From assembly GCA_051006775.1 (NCBI GenBank), contig JBPCSX010000148.1: 64,000 nucleotides of DNA; one strand, given 5' to 3'. The DNA is from Mycobacterium sp. Its GTDB lineage: Bacteria; Actinomycetota; Actinomycetes; Mycobacteriales; Mycobacteriaceae. Within the stretch, counting starts at the first letter, position 1; every line of letters starts with the position of its first letter. Below are positions 35,167 to 45,935 of this stretch, in pieces. A program made the translations under genes and the position numbers. The notes under the pieces were generated by a model that saw only the letters and a list, made by a program, of their open reading frames with translations, did no database searches and was not told the DNA's origin.

Positions 35167-35451
35167 TTCACTTTTTGAAACTTGTTGACAATGAATAGAG
35201 GCTGATTCTCAGCAATATCTCAGGTAACATCCGTCACCCCGGAATCGGCGCGCAAGAACCGCGGACTGTCAGGCATTTCACCCTCTCCGGCTGGGCGATC
35301 CGGCGACACCGCCCTCACACGAAAACATTTGCTGGAGGGACCTCTCCAGGGGAGGGTCGCGGGCTCACTACGCTGAAGCCGACCGAGTAACAGGAGGCCG
35401 CCTTGAGCGGTAACGGCGTCCGGAATGACCGCGCCCACGGGCGCCCCACAA

Positions 35452-35495
35452 AACACTGAGGTCACGACCTCTTTCGAGTTCGTGACCTCAGTGTT
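35452..35495 (-). terminator. Long hairpin terminator downstream of tRNA-Leu
   Basis: Perfect 16-bp arms AACACTGAGGTCACGA / TCGTGACCTCAGTGTT. U-rich exit on the minus strand. Confidence 0.85.
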
Positions 35496-35512
35496 CGCAG
35501 CTCATAGAACTG

Positions 35513-35595
35513 TGGGCGAAGGGGGACTTGAACCCCCACGTCCCGAAGGACACTGGCACCTGAAGCCAGCGCGTCTGCCATTCCGCCACTCGCCC
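35513..35595 (-). tRNA. leuT: tRNA-Leu(CAG), 83 nt, CCA not encoded
   Basis: GGGCGAGTGGCGGAATGGCAGACGCG...CTGGC-TTCAGGT-GCCAG, long variable arm, GTTCAAGTC. Confidence 0.97.
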
Positions 35596-35768
35596 GAAAC
35601 AACCGGGGGAGCGTATCACGATCGAAGGCTCGCCCTGCAACCACGGTAGTGACTGCTGACCTGCGGCGATACGATTCTCAGGGTTCTCCTGCCGCCAGTC
35701 TGCACAGCCCGGCCGATACCATGAGCACTGGCGGTCGACCGCCCTGAACCGGAGGTGGATGCGCGTCG

Positions 35769-37172
35769 ATGAGTAACCAGAAGGGGCTGGTTCAGCGCAT
35801 CGAACGCATGCTGGAGGACGGCGTGGGGGATGCGTTCGCCCGAGTATTCGGCGGATCGGTGGTCCCGCAGGAACTGGAAGCCCTGCTGCGCCGGGAGGCC
35901 TCCGACGGCGTCCGGGCGTTGGCGGGCGGACGGTCTTTGGTTCCCAACGAATACGTCATTACCCTCAGTGTGTCCGACTTCCAGAAGTTGAGCGCGGATC
36001 GCGATCTCACCACCGAGGCCTTCGCCAAACACCTGGAGGAATACCTTCAGGAGCAGGGGTGGCAAACGTATGGTGAGGTGGTCGTCCGTCTCGACCGGTC
36101 GGAGAGCCTGCACACCGGCCAGTACCGGGCCCGCGCGGTCGTCAACCCCGACGTGGCCGCCCGCCATGACCCCCGCCTGTCCGCCCCGGCACCCAGACCA
36201 GCAGAATCGAACCATGCGTACACCGCAGAACCAGGAGCACCAGCGATGACCGACAATCCTTACGGCCAGGGCCAGGGGCGTCCCGGCGACGAGTATTACG
36301 ACGAGCAGCGCTACCCGCAGGATGAGCCGCGTCCGGCCGCACCCGAGCAGCCGCGTGCCCCCTACCATCCGGAACAGGGCTACCCGCCCAACTACGAGCA
36401 GGGCTATCCGCCCCGCCCGGCCTACCCGGATCAGGGCGGTTACTACCCGCCCGGATACGAGCAGCGGCCCCCGGCCCCCGGCTATGGCGCCCCCGGCTAT
36501 GGCGCCCCCGGCTACGACCAGGGCTACCGCCAGGCGCCCCCGCCCGGTTACGGCCAGCCGCAGTACGGACCGCCCCCCGGCTACGGGCCGCCGGCCGGAG
36601 ACTATGACTACAACCAGGGGCGCCCGACTCCCCGCTACGACGAGCCCGGCTACGGGCGGCCCGAGTCCCGTCCGGCCTATCCCGACCAGGGCTATCAACA
36701 GCCCGGTTACGGTCGCCCGGAGTACGGGCAGCCCGAGTACGGCCGCTATGACCAGGGCGGCTACCCGCCGCCCCCGGCCGCTGAATACGACTACGGACAA
36801 CCGGGCGGCGGACAACAGGGTGGCGGCCAGCAGGCCGGCTACGCCGGGTACCCCCCGCCGGCCGGCCCGGGTGAGTACGCCGCCGCCCAGGCGGTGACGC
36901 TGCAGCTCGACGACGGCAGCGGGCGCACCTACCAGCTCCGTGAGGGTGCCAATGTGATCGGTCGCGGCCAGGACGCCCAGTTCCGGCTGCCCGACACCGG
37001 GGTGTCGCGCCGGCATCTGGAGATCCGCTGGGACGGTGCTGTCGCGCTGTTGTCGGACCTGAACTCCACCAACGGCACCACCGTTAACAACGCTCCGGTC
37101 CAGGAGTGGCAGCTCGCCGACGGCGACGTCATCCGGGTCGGCCACTCCGAGATCATCGTCCGCGTTCACTGA
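35769..37172 (+). CDS. fhaA: FHA-domain protein FhaA (DUF3662, PGY-rich linker, FHA)
   Basis: VVPQELE, long Y/G/P/Q repeats, IGRGQD...GVSRRH...STNGT. Confidence 0.96.
   Translation: MSNQKGLVQRIERMLEDGVGDAFARVFGGSVVPQELEALLRREASDGVRALAGGRSLVPNEYVITLSVSDFQKLSADRDLTTEAFAKHLEEYLQEQGWQTYGEVVVRLDRSESLHTGQYRARAVVNPDVAARHDPRLSAPAPRPAESNHAYTAEPGAPAMTDNPYGQGQGRPGDEYYDEQRYPQDEPRPAAPEQPRAPYHPEQGYPPNYEQGYPPRPAYPDQGGYYPPGYEQRPPAPGYGAPGYGAPGYDQGYRQAPPPGYGQPQYGPPPGYGPPAGDYDYNQGRPTPRYDEPGYGRPESRPAYPDQGYQQPGYGRPEYGQPEYGRYDQGGYPPPPAAEYDYGQPGGGQQGGGQQAGYAGYPPPAGPGEYAAAQAVTLQLDDGSGRTYQLREGANVIGRGQDAQFRLPDTGVSRRHLEIRWDGAVALLSDLNSTNGTTVNNAPVQEWQLADGDVIRVGHSEIIVRVH
36480..36515 (+). repeat. 15-bp coding tandem repeat (GYGAP) in the FhaA linker
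   Basis: GGCTATGGCGCCCCC x2 plus GGCTAC. Confidence 0.8.
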
Positions 37173-37301
37173 GGTCGGCACCCCAAGGTGGCTTCGGCCT
37201 CGCATCCTGCGGCGTCCAAGTATTCTGTGACGTTGCCGGAGTCGGCCCGGTTTTTCCGTCGTCGCCGAGGCTGAGATCACGGCACAAGGACGGAGGGCCG
37301 C

Positions 37302-37769
37302 ATGCAGGGACTGGTACTGCAGCTGACCCGTGCCGGTTTCCTGCTGCTGCTGTGGCTGTTCATTTTCTCGGTGTTGCGCATCCTGCGGACCGATATCTAC
37401 GCACCGTCGGGTTCGGTGATGGTGCGGCGAGGCCTGACGTTGCGCGGACCGCGGGCCACCGCCGGGCAGGCTCGGACCGCGGCTCGCTATCTGGTGGTCA
37501 CCGAGGGTGCGCTCGCCGGAACGCGGATCACCCTGGGCTCCCAGCCGGTGCTGATCGGCCGCGCCGATGACTCCACCCTTGTCCTCACCGACGACTACGC
37601 CTCGACCCGGCACGCTCGCCTGGCTCAGCGTGGTCCGGATTGGTACGTCGAGGATCTCGGCTCCACTAACGGCACCTACCTCGATCGGTCGAAGGTGACA
37701 ACCGCAGTGCGGGTTCCGCTCGGTACGCCGGTGCACGTCGGCAAGACCGTGATCGAGTTGCGCCCGTGA
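37302..37769 (+). CDS. fhaB: Membrane FHA protein FhaB/FipA
   Basis: MQGLVLQLTR TM start, IGRADDS, ASTRHA, GSTNGT. Confidence 0.96.
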   Translation: MQGLVLQLTRAGFLLLLWLFIFSVLRILRTDIYAPSGSVMVRRGLTLRGPRATAGQARTAARYLVVTEGALAGTRITLGSQPVLIGRADDSTLVLTDDYASTRHARLAQRGPDWYVEDLGSTNGTYLDRSKVTTAVRVPLGTPVHVGKTVIELRP

Positions 37770-39178
37770 CCCTGGCCCTTCGCTACGCCGCCCGCAGCGA
37801 CCGCGGACTGGTGCGCGCCAACAACGAGGACTCGGTCTACGCCGGAGCCCGCCTACTTGCGCTCGCCGACGGTATGGGAGGGCACGCCGCTGGTGAAGTC
37901 GCCTCCCAACTGGTAATCGCCGCGCTGGCGCATCTCGACGATGACGAACCGGGCGGCGATCTGCTCAGCAAGCTGGAATCCGCTGTGCACCAGGGGAACT
38001 CGGATATCGCCGACCAGGTGGAGTTGCACGCCGAACTGGAGGGTATGGGGACCACCCTCACCGCCATCCTGTTTGCCGGCGACCGGCTCGGACTGGTCCA
38101 TATCGGCGACTCCCGCGGTTACCTACTGCGCGACGGGGAGCTGACCCAGATCACCAAGGACGACACCTTCGTACAGACCCTCGTGGACGAGGGCCGGATC
38201 ACCGCGGAGGAGGCGCACAGCCATCCGCAGCGATCGCTGATCATGCGGGCGCTGACCGGACACGAGGTAGAGCCGACGCTGATCATGCGCGAGGCGCGGA
38301 TCGGCGACCGTTACCTGCTGTGCTCCGACGGTCTGTCCGATCCGGTCAGTCACGAGACCATCCTTGAGGCCCTGAAGGTCGGCGACGCGACCGAAAGCGC
38401 AGACCGGCTGATCGAACTCGCTCTGCGCGGCGGCGGCCCCGACAACGTCACCGTGGTGGTGGCCGACGTTGTCGACCACGACTTCGCCGGACAGACGCAA
38501 CCGATTCTGGCCGGGGCGGTCTCCGGCGAGGACGATGACGTCAAGCCGCCGAACACCTCTGCCGGACGGGCCTCGGCCATCGCGCCGCGCCAGCCGGCCG
38601 CGAAAAAGCTTGTGCTGGAACCGCAACCGCCGGCCCCGAGATCGCGTCGTCCCTTGTTCATCGCAGCACTTCTGGTCGCGATCGCCCTGCTCAGCGCCGT
38701 AGGGATCGGCTACAGGACGATTCAGGGTAATTACTACGTCACTGCGTACAACGACTCGGTTGCGATCATGCGCGGCATTCAGGGCTCGTTCCTCAGCGTT
38801 CCGCTGCAGAAACCGTTCCTGCTGGGCTGCCTCAGCGATCGCAACGTGTTGTCCCAGATCAGTCCGGATCAGGCCGACTCGCAACGGGACTGCAAACTGT
38901 TCGCCGTTGGAGACCTCAGACCGTCAGAGCGCGCCCAGGTGACGGCGGGCCTGCCGGCCGGCACCCTGGACAGCGCGATCCACCAGCTCAACGAGTTGTC
39001 CCACGGCTCACTACTTCCGATCTGTCCACCCCCGCAGGCGGCGAAACCAACGCCGGCCCCGACCGCCAAACCGACCACCGCGCCCAAGAGTGGCCCGACC
39101 ACGTCGGCTCCGCCGACAAGCGCGAGTCTTCCTGCCCCGCAACAAAAACCCGGTGTCGACTGTCGGGCGGCAACATGA
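37766..39178 (+). CDS. pstP: PP2C-family Ser/Thr phosphatase
   Basis: RANNED, ADGMGGH, CSDGL, GGPDNVT, then a TM helix. Confidence 0.97.
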   Translation: MTLALRYAARSDRGLVRANNEDSVYAGARLLALADGMGGHAAGEVASQLVIAALAHLDDDEPGGDLLSKLESAVHQGNSDIADQVELHAELEGMGTTLTAILFAGDRLGLVHIGDSRGYLLRDGELTQITKDDTFVQTLVDEGRITAEEAHSHPQRSLIMRALTGHEVEPTLIMREARIGDRYLLCSDGLSDPVSHETILEALKVGDATESADRLIELALRGGGPDNVTVVVADVVDHDFAGQTQPILAGAVSGEDDDVKPPNTSAGRASAIAPRQPAAKKLVLEPQPPAPRSRRPLFIAALLVAIALLSAVGIGYRTIQGNYYVTAYNDSVAIMRGIQGSFLSVPLQKPFLLGCLSDRNVLSQISPDQADSQRDCKLFAVGDLRPSERAQVTAGLPAGTLDSAIHQLNELSHGSLLPICPPPQAAKPTPAPTAKPTTAPKSGPTTSAPPTSASLPAPQQKPGVDCRAAT

Positions 39179-40581
39179 CCGCTTCGACAACAGCCCCGCA
39201 ATCTCCGATCACCCTGACGCAGACGCTGCCGACCCGGCGCAATTCCGAGCTCGGTCTGCTCTGTTTCGCCACCCTGATCACCGGTATCGCGTGGCTGATC
39301 GTGGAGGCTAATCAGGAACAGGGGCTCTCCTGGGACCTGCTGAGCTACACCTTCGTATTCCTCACCCTGTTCGTCTGCGCCCATCTGGCGATCCGGCGCT
39401 TCGCGCCCTACGCCGATCCGCTGCTGCTTCCGGTGGTCGCACTGCTGAACGGTCTTGGGCTTGTCCTCATCCACCGTCTCGATCTGGTGCCCGGCACACC
39501 TGGCGATGGCCCCGGCGCCGAGCAGCAGATGCTGTGGACGATGGTCGGCGTCGCGGGCTTCACAGCGACCGTGGTGTTCCTCACCGATCATCGGATGCTG
39601 GCGCGCTACGACTACACCTGCGGCGTTGCCGGCCTGGTGTTGCTGGCCATCCCGGCACTGCTGCCGACGAGCCTGTCGGAGACAAACGGTGCCAAGATCT
39701 GGATCAGGTTGCCGGGCTTCAGCATCCAGCCGGCCGAGTTCTCCAAGATTCTGCTGCTGATCTTCTTTGCGGGCGTACTGGTCGCCAAGCGGAACCTCTT
39801 CACCTCGGTGGGCACCCACTTCCTGGGCATGGACCTGCCCCGGCCCCGTGACCTCGCCCCGCTGCTGGCGGCGTGGATCGCTTCGGTTGCGGTGATGGTG
39901 TTCGAGAAGGACCTCGGAACCTCACTACTTCTGTACGCGTCATTCCTGGTGATGGTTTACGTCGCCACCGAGCGGATCAGCTGGGTGGTGATCGGGCTGA
40001 CACTCTTCGGTGCGGGAAGCCTGGTGGCGTACCACATTTTCGGCCACGTCCGCGGTCGGGTGCAGACCTGGCTGGATCCGTTCGCCGATCCTGAGGGCTC
40101 CGGCTACCAGATGGTGCAGTCGAAGTTCAGCTTCGCCACCGGCGGGGTGTTCGGAACTGGACTGGGCAATGGGCAGCCGGGAACCGTTCCGGCGGCGTCC
40201 ACCGACTTCATCACCGCGGCCGTCGGTGAGGAACTCGGCCTGGTCGGCCTGGCCGGGGTCCTGATGCTCTACACCATCGTGATCATCCGCGGGCTGCGCA
40301 CCGCGATCGCGGTGCGCGACAGCTTCGGCAAGCTGCTGGCTGCCGGGCTGGCCAGCACCCTGGCCATTCAGCTGTTCATCGTCGTCGGCGGGGTCACCGG
40401 GCTGATCCCCCTGACCGGACTGACCACCCCATGGATGTCCTACGGGGGTTCCTCGCTGGTGGCCAATTACCTACTGCTGGCCATCCTGATCCGGATCAGC
40501 AATGCGGCGCGGCGGCCCATTCACACCAATCAGCACACCCCGATCGCAGCCGCTCACACCGAAGTGTTGCGTCGCGTATGA
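39175..40581 (+). CDS. rodA: SEDS peptidoglycan polymerase RodA
   Basis: SIQPAEFSK, EKDLG, TDFI, GEELG, PLTGLTTPWMSYGGSS. Confidence 0.96.
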   Translation: MTASTTAPQSPITLTQTLPTRRNSELGLLCFATLITGIAWLIVEANQEQGLSWDLLSYTFVFLTLFVCAHLAIRRFAPYADPLLLPVVALLNGLGLVLIHRLDLVPGTPGDGPGAEQQMLWTMVGVAGFTATVVFLTDHRMLARYDYTCGVAGLVLLAIPALLPTSLSETNGAKIWIRLPGFSIQPAEFSKILLLIFFAGVLVAKRNLFTSVGTHFLGMDLPRPRDLAPLLAAWIASVAVMVFEKDLGTSLLLYASFLVMVYVATERISWVVIGLTLFGAGSLVAYHIFGHVRGRVQTWLDPFADPEGSGYQMVQSKFSFATGGVFGTGLGNGQPGTVPAASTDFITAAVGEELGLVGLAGVLMLYTIVIIRGLRTAIAVRDSFGKLLAAGLASTLAIQLFIVVGGVTGLIPLTGLTTPWMSYGGSSLVANYLLLAILIRISNAARRPIHTNQHTPIAAAHTEVLRRV

Positions 40582-42056
40582 ACACTTCATTGCGTCGGAT
40601 CGCTCTGATGGTCATGGCCCTGGTCGTGCTGCTGCTCGCCAATGCGACGGTGACGCAGGTCTTCCGGGCGGACGCGCTGCGTTCCGATCCGCGCAATCAG
40701 CGCGTACTGCTCGACGAGTACTCCCGTCAGCGCGGCCAGATCACAGCCAGCGGCCAACTGCTGGCGTATTCGCTGTCGACAAACGGTCGCTACCGGTTCC
40801 TTCGGGTCTACCCCGAACCGGCGGCGTACGCGCCGGTGACCGGTTTCTACTCGCTGCGCTTCTCCAGTACCGGCTTGGAGCGTTCCGAGGATCCCGTGCT
40901 CAACGGCTCAGATGAGCGGTTGTTCGGCCGACGGCTGGCCGATTTCTTCACCGGCCGCGATCCCCGCGGCGGAAACGTCGGCACCACGATCGTCCCGCGG
41001 GTGCAGCAGGCCGCCTGGAATGCCATGCGGGGCGGCTGCAACGGCGGACCCTGTAAAGGATCGGTCGTCGCCCTGGACCCCGCCACCGGGAAGATCCTGG
41101 CGATGATCTCCGCACCGTCATATGACCCCAACCTGCTCGCCAGTCATGACATCGAGGCACAGGGCGCGGCCTGGGCGCAATTGCGCGACGACCCCAACTC
41201 GCCATTGACCAACCGCGCCATCACCGAGCGGTACCCGCCGGGGTCCACGTTCAAGGTCGTCACCACCGCAGCTGCCCTACAGGCCGGCATCACCGATGCG
41301 GAACCATTGACCGCAGCGCCACAGATACCGCTGCCCGACAGTACGGCGACGCTGGAGAACTACGGCGGTACGCCGTGCGGCGACGCTCCCACCGCCCCCT
41401 TGCGGGAGGCGTTCGCGCGCTCCTGCAATACCGCGTTCGTACAGCTGGGCATCCGCATCGGCGGTGATGCGATACGGACCACGGCCGACGCCTTCGGGTT
41501 CGACACCGCTCCGGCGCCCATTCCGTTGCAGGTGGCCGAGTCAACCGTGGGAACGATGTCCGATGCCGCCGCCGTGGGGATGTCGAGCATGGGGCAGAAA
41601 GACGTCGCAGTGACACCGCTGCAGAACGCGATGGTGGCTGCCGCGGTCGCCAATGGCGGTGTCCTGATGCAGCCGTATCTGGTCGATCGGCTGGAAGGGC
41701 CGGACCTTTCCGACATCAGCACGACCGCGCCGACCGAGTTGCGTCGCGCGGTTTCCGCGCAGGTCGCGGCTAAGCTAACGGATTTGATGATCGGCGCCGA
41801 AAAATTCACCCAGCAGACGGGGGCGATCCCCGGCGTGCAGATCGCGTCCAAGACCGGCACAGCCGAACACGGCACCGATCCGCGCAACACTCCGCCGCAC
41901 GCCTGGTACATCGCGTTCGCGCCGGCGCAGAACCCCAAGGTCGCTGTCGCGGTCCTGATCGAGAACGGTGGCGACCGGTTGGCCGCCACCGGCGGCGCAC
42001 TGGCCGCCCCGATCGGCCGAGCGACCATGGCAGCGGTATTGCAGGGGGCGTCGTGA
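40578..42056 (+). CDS. pbpA: Class B penicillin-binding protein A
   Basis: STFK (SxxK), SCN, KTG. Confidence 0.96.
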   Translation: MNTSLRRIALMVMALVVLLLANATVTQVFRADALRSDPRNQRVLLDEYSRQRGQITASGQLLAYSLSTNGRYRFLRVYPEPAAYAPVTGFYSLRFSSTGLERSEDPVLNGSDERLFGRRLADFFTGRDPRGGNVGTTIVPRVQQAAWNAMRGGCNGGPCKGSVVALDPATGKILAMISAPSYDPNLLASHDIEAQGAAWAQLRDDPNSPLTNRAITERYPPGSTFKVVTTAAALQAGITDAEPLTAAPQIPLPDSTATLENYGGTPCGDAPTAPLREAFARSCNTAFVQLGIRIGGDAIRTTADAFGFDTAPAPIPLQVAESTVGTMSDAAAVGMSSMGQKDVAVTPLQNAMVAAAVANGGVLMQPYLVDRLEGPDLSDISTTAPTELRRAVSAQVAAKLTDLMIGAEKFTQQTGAIPGVQIASKTGTAEHGTDPRNTPPHAWYIAFAPAQNPKVAVAVLIENGGDRLAATGGALAAPIGRATMAAVLQGAS

Positions 42057-42091
42057 GCAGCCCCGGGCGCGCGAAGCGAGGCGAACAATGA
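42053..42091 (+). CDS. 12-codon bridging mini-ORF ([12 protein letters not shown])
   Basis: GTG overlaps the pbpA TGA (GTGA). Its TGA overlaps the pknA ATG (ATGA). Confidence 0.45.
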   Translation: MSSPGRAKRGEQ

Positions 42092-43356
42092 GCCCCCGCG
42101 TCGGAGTGATGCTGTCTGGGCGCTACCGGCTGCAGCGTCTCATCGCGACCGGCGGTATGGGACAGGTCTGGGAGGCCGTCGACAGCCGGCTCGGCCGCCG
42201 CGTTGCGGTCAAGGTGCTCAAGCAGGAGTTCTCCTCCGACCCGGAGTTCCTGGAGCGGTTCCGGGCCGAGGCCCGCACTGTCGCGATGCTCAACCATCCC
42301 GGTATCGCAGCGGTGCACGACTACGGCGAGACCGATATGGACGGCGAGGGCCGCACCGCGTATCTGGTGATGGAACTGGTCAACGGCGAACCGCTGAACG
42401 CCGTGATCCGGCGCACCGGCAGGTTGTCACTGCGTCATGCCCTGGACATGCTCGAACAGACCGGCCGCGCGCTGCAGGTTGCCCACGCCGCCGGCCTGGT
42501 ACACCGCGACGTCAAGCCCGGCAACATCCTGATCACCCCGACGGGCCAGGTGAAGCTCACGGATTTCGGTATCGCCAAAGCGGTCGACGCCGCCCCCGTC
42601 ACCCAGACCGGAATGGTGATGGGGACGGCGCAATACATCGCGCCCGAGCAGGCGCTCGGCGAGGATGCCAGCGCGGCCAGCGATGTGTATTCACTGGGAG
42701 TTGTTGGCTACGAAGCTGTTTCGGGCAAGCGGCCGTTCATCGGCGATGGTGCCCTGACGGTAGCGATGAAGCACATCAAGGAGACGCCCGCACCGCTGCC
42801 CGCCGATCTGCCGCCCAATGTTCGGGAGCTCATCGAGATCACGCTGGTGAAGAATCCGGGCGTCCGGTACCGCAATGGCGGACAGTTCGCCGATGCGGTC
42901 GCCGCGGTGCGGGCCGGTCGCCGGCCACCGCGACCGAACTCCGCACCCACCATCAAGGCCAGCCCCGCGGCCATACCGGGACAGCGCGCCGCGGTGGAGG
43001 CCGCCCGCGCCGCCAACACCACCCGGCCGCGGGTCCCGGTTACTCGCAGTGCCCCGCCGCCGGCCCGGCGGACATTCTCCTCGGGGCAGCGCGCACTGCT
43101 GTGGGCTGCCGGAGTGCTCGGCGCGCTGGCCATCATCAGCGCGATCCTGATCGTTTTGGCCGACCGCGACAAGCGCAACAGCACCCCGATTCAGCAGACC
43201 GAAACCGAGACCGTCACACCGGATGCCCCGGGCGGTCCACCGGTCGCCCCGTCCGGATGGACATCTGATCCATACGACCCGGGCGTCACGATCAGACTGA
43301 TCCGATTCGATGCCACGGCGGCCACCCCCACAGCAGCAGCCGAGTCGACGCCATGA
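42088..43356 (+). CDS. pknA: Ser/Thr protein kinase A
   Basis: [21 protein letters not shown] and short extracellular tail. Confidence 0.97.
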   Translation: MSPRVGVMLSGRYRLQRLIATGGMGQVWEAVDSRLGRRVAVKVLKQEFSSDPEFLERFRAEARTVAMLNHPGIAAVHDYGETDMDGEGRTAYLVMELVNGEPLNAVIRRTGRLSLRHALDMLEQTGRALQVAHAAGLVHRDVKPGNILITPTGQVKLTDFGIAKAVDAAPVTQTGMVMGTAQYIAPEQALGEDASAASDVYSLGVVGYEAVSGKRPFIGDGALTVAMKHIKETPAPLPADLPPNVRELIEITLVKNPGVRYRNGGQFADAVAAVRAGRRPPRPNSAPTIKASPAAIPGQRAAVEAARAANTTRPRVPVTRSAPPPARRTFSSGQRALLWAAGVLGALAIISAILIVLADRDKRNSTPIQQTETETVTPDAPGGPPVAPSGWTSDPYDPGVTIRLIRFDATAATPTAAAESTP

Positions 43357-45224
43357 CGACCCCGCACCACATCTCCGACCGCTACGAGCTGGGGGAGATC
43401 CTCGGCTTCGGCGGTATGTCGGAAGTGCACCTGGGCCGCGATCTGCGTCTGCACCGTGACGTCGCGGTGAAAGTGTTGCGCGCAGATCTGGCCCGCGATC
43501 CGAGTTTCTATCTCCGATTCCGCCGCGAGGCGCAGAACGCCGCGGCGCTCAATCACCCGGCGATCGTCGCGGTCTACGACACCGGTGAAGCCGAGACACC
43601 GGCCGGGCCGCTGCCCTACATCGTGATGGAGTACGTCGACGGTGTGACACTGCGCGACATCGTCCACACCGACGGGCCGATGCCGCCGCGGCGCGCGCTG
43701 GAGGTGATTGCCGATGCATGTCAGGCGCTGAACTTCAGCCACCAGCACGGGATCATCCACCGCGATGTGAAGCCGGCCAACATCATGATCTCCCACGCCG
43801 GTGCGGTGAAGGTGATGGACTTCGGTATCGCCCGCGCCATCGCCGACAGCGGCAACAGCGTCACCCAGACCGCGGCGGTGATCGGCACGGCGCAGTATCT
43901 CTCCCCGGAGCAGGCCCGCGGCGAACGGGTCGACGCCCGCTCCGACGTGTATTCCCTGGGGTGCGTTCTCTACGAGATCCTCACCGGTGAACCGCCTTTC
44001 GTAGGCGACTCCCCGGTGGCGGTGGCATACCAGCACGTGCGGGAGGATCCGTTCCCGCCGTCGATGAAGCGGGCCGGAATCTCCCCGGAACTCGATGCGG
44101 TAGTGCTCAAGGCTCTGGCCAAGAACCCCGACAACCGTTACCAGAGTGCAGCCGAAATGCGCGCCGACTTGGTTCGGGTGCACAGTGGTGAAAAGCCCGA
44201 CGCACCCAAGGTGCTTACCTCCGCAGATCGCTCGATGATGATGGCCTCGAGGTCCGGGCCGCGGACCGACCCGGGCCGGATGTTCGCCGGCGCCTACGGC
44301 TACGCCCGCTCCGGACGCGGCGGCCCGCTCGGCCGGTGGCTGATCGCCGCGGCGGTCCTGTCCATCCTGACCGTGGTGATCACCCTGGCGATCAATATGG
44401 CCGGAGGCAATCCACGCGCGGTCCAGGTCCCCGACCTACGCGGTCAACTGTCCGCCGACGCGATCGCGACCCTGCAGAACAAGGGCTTCAAGACGCGCAC
44501 TCAGCAGAAGCCCGACAACACCGTGCCGCCGGACCAGGTCATCAACACCGAACCCGGGGCCACCTCCACCATCGCCGCCGGTGATGAGGTCACCGTAAAC
44601 GTGTCCACCGGACCCGAGCAGCGTGAGGTGCCCGACGTCGCGACACTGAGCTACGCGGACGCGGTCAAAAAGCTGACCGAGGCAGGGTTCGGCAAGTTCA
44701 AGCAGGCCGATGGGCCCTCCACGCCGGAGCAGAAGGGGAAGGTTCTCGGCACCGTCCCGCCGGCCAATCAGACCTCGGCGATCACCAATGAGATCACCAT
44801 CCTGGTCGGCAGTGGTCCCGCCGCCCGCGAGGTTCCCGACGTCACCGGGCAGACCGTCGACCTTGCGACCAAGAACCTCAACACCGTCGGATTCCAGACC
44901 GTTCTCACCGCACCGGTGGACAGCCCCGAGCCAGCCGGGCTGGTCATCGGTCTTGATCCGGCCATCGGCTCCTCGGCTCCGGTCGACTCCTCGATCACCC
45001 TGCAAATCTCCAGGGGCAACCAGTTCGTGATGCCTAACCTGGTCGGGCAGTTCTGGACCGAGGCTGAGCCCGCTCTGCGGGCGTTGGGCTGGACCGGCAT
45101 TCTGGTGAAAGGTCCCGACGTGCCCAACAGCGGTCAGCGGGCCAACGCGGTGGTGGCCCAGATCCCGGCGGCCGGCGCCGGAGCGGGCTTCGCCAGTTCG
45201 ATCACGCTCGCGTTTGCGTCGTAG
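43353..45224 (+). CDS. pknB: Ser/Thr protein kinase B with PASTA domains
   Basis: [25 protein letters not shown], four PASTA repeats. Confidence 0.98.
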   Translation: MTTPHHISDRYELGEILGFGGMSEVHLGRDLRLHRDVAVKVLRADLARDPSFYLRFRREAQNAAALNHPAIVAVYDTGEAETPAGPLPYIVMEYVDGVTLRDIVHTDGPMPPRRALEVIADACQALNFSHQHGIIHRDVKPANIMISHAGAVKVMDFGIARAIADSGNSVTQTAAVIGTAQYLSPEQARGERVDARSDVYSLGCVLYEILTGEPPFVGDSPVAVAYQHVREDPFPPSMKRAGISPELDAVVLKALAKNPDNRYQSAAEMRADLVRVHSGEKPDAPKVLTSADRSMMMASRSGPRTDPGRMFAGAYGYARSGRGGPLGRWLIAAAVLSILTVVITLAINMAGGNPRAVQVPDLRGQLSADAIATLQNKGFKTRTQQKPDNTVPPDQVINTEPGATSTIAAGDEVTVNVSTGPEQREVPDVATLSYADAVKKLTEAGFGKFKQADGPSTPEQKGKVLGTVPPANQTSAITNEITILVGSGPAAREVPDVTGQTVDLATKNLNTVGFQTVLTAPVDSPEPAGLVIGLDPAIGSSAPVDSSITLQISRGNQFVMPNLVGQFWTEAEPALRALGWTGILVKGPDVPNSGQRANAVVAQIPAAGAGAGFASSITLAFAS

Positions 45225-45900
45225 CCGCTGCCGCCGGACCACCGAGTGCATGGCGCACCGTGTCGGCGACCTCCTGCTCGAGCCGACGGACTAATACCTC
45301 ATCCGGGGCGCCACCGCAGTAGCCCAGCCAGTTGGCCAGCATCCGGTGGCCGCCCTCGGTGAGAATGGATTCGGGGTGGAACTGAACACCGTGGATGGGC
45401 AGTTCGACGTGCCGGACGGCCATGATCACCCCTCCCTCGGTGTGCGCGGTGACCTCCAGCTCAGCCGGGACCGTCTCCGGAAGGATCGTCAGGGAGTGGT
45501 AGCGGGTGGCTGTGAAAGGATTCGGAAGTCCTTGCAGCACACCGCTATTGGTGTGAAAAACCTGGCTGGTCTTTCCGTGCAGCAGTTCTGGGGCACGGTC
45601 GACGGTGCCCCCGAACGCAACTCCGATCGCTTGGTGGCCCAGGCACACGCCGAGAAGCGGGGTCCCGGCAGCCGCGCATGCACCGACCAGTCCGATCGAG
45701 GCCCCAGCTCGCTCCGGAGTGCCGGGTCCGGGGCTCAGCAGGACTCCGTCGAATTCGGCGGCCGCCGCTGCGATAGCGGAATCGCCGGTCAGTCGGGCGT
45801 CGTCGTTACGCCAGACCTGCGCGTCCACACCCAGCTGACCCAGATACTGGACCAGGTTGAACACGAAGCTGTCGTAGTTGTCGACGACCAAGACCTGCAC
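45202..45900 (-). CDS. trpG: Anthranilate/aminodeoxychorismate synthase glutamine amidotransferase
   Basis: VVDNYDSF, SPGPG, GVCLGHQ, QFHPES. Leaderless -10 TAGCCT at 45908-45913. Confidence 0.95.
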   Translation of the reverse strand: MQVLVVDNYDSFVFNLVQYLGQLGVDAQVWRNDDARLTGDSAIAAAAAEFDGVLLSPGPGTPERAGASIGLVGACAAAGTPLLGVCLGHQAIGVAFGGTVDRAPELLHGKTSQVFHTNSGVLQGLPNPFTATRYHSLTILPETVPAELEVTAHTEGGVIMAVRHVELPIHGVQFHPESILTEGGHRMLANWLGYCGGAPDEVLVRRLEQEVADTVRHALGGPAAAATTQTRA

Positions 45901-45935
45901 CCCTGACAGGCTACCGGGGGTGACCTGGGCCCGGT

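Noticed and set aside
36240-36880. Repetitive Tyr/Gly/Pro DNA that might suggest a repeat array or CRISPR
   Set aside because: It is the known low-complexity FhaA linker, in frame, with no constant repeat-spacer structure and no cas genes.
35616-37736. 706-aa antisense ORF over fhaA/fhaB, and other long shadow ORFs (e.g. 49054..50604, 52756..54000, 4177..5292)
   Set aside because: They lie opposite or across well-supported genes in high-GC DNA where stops are scarce, and show no recognisable motifs.
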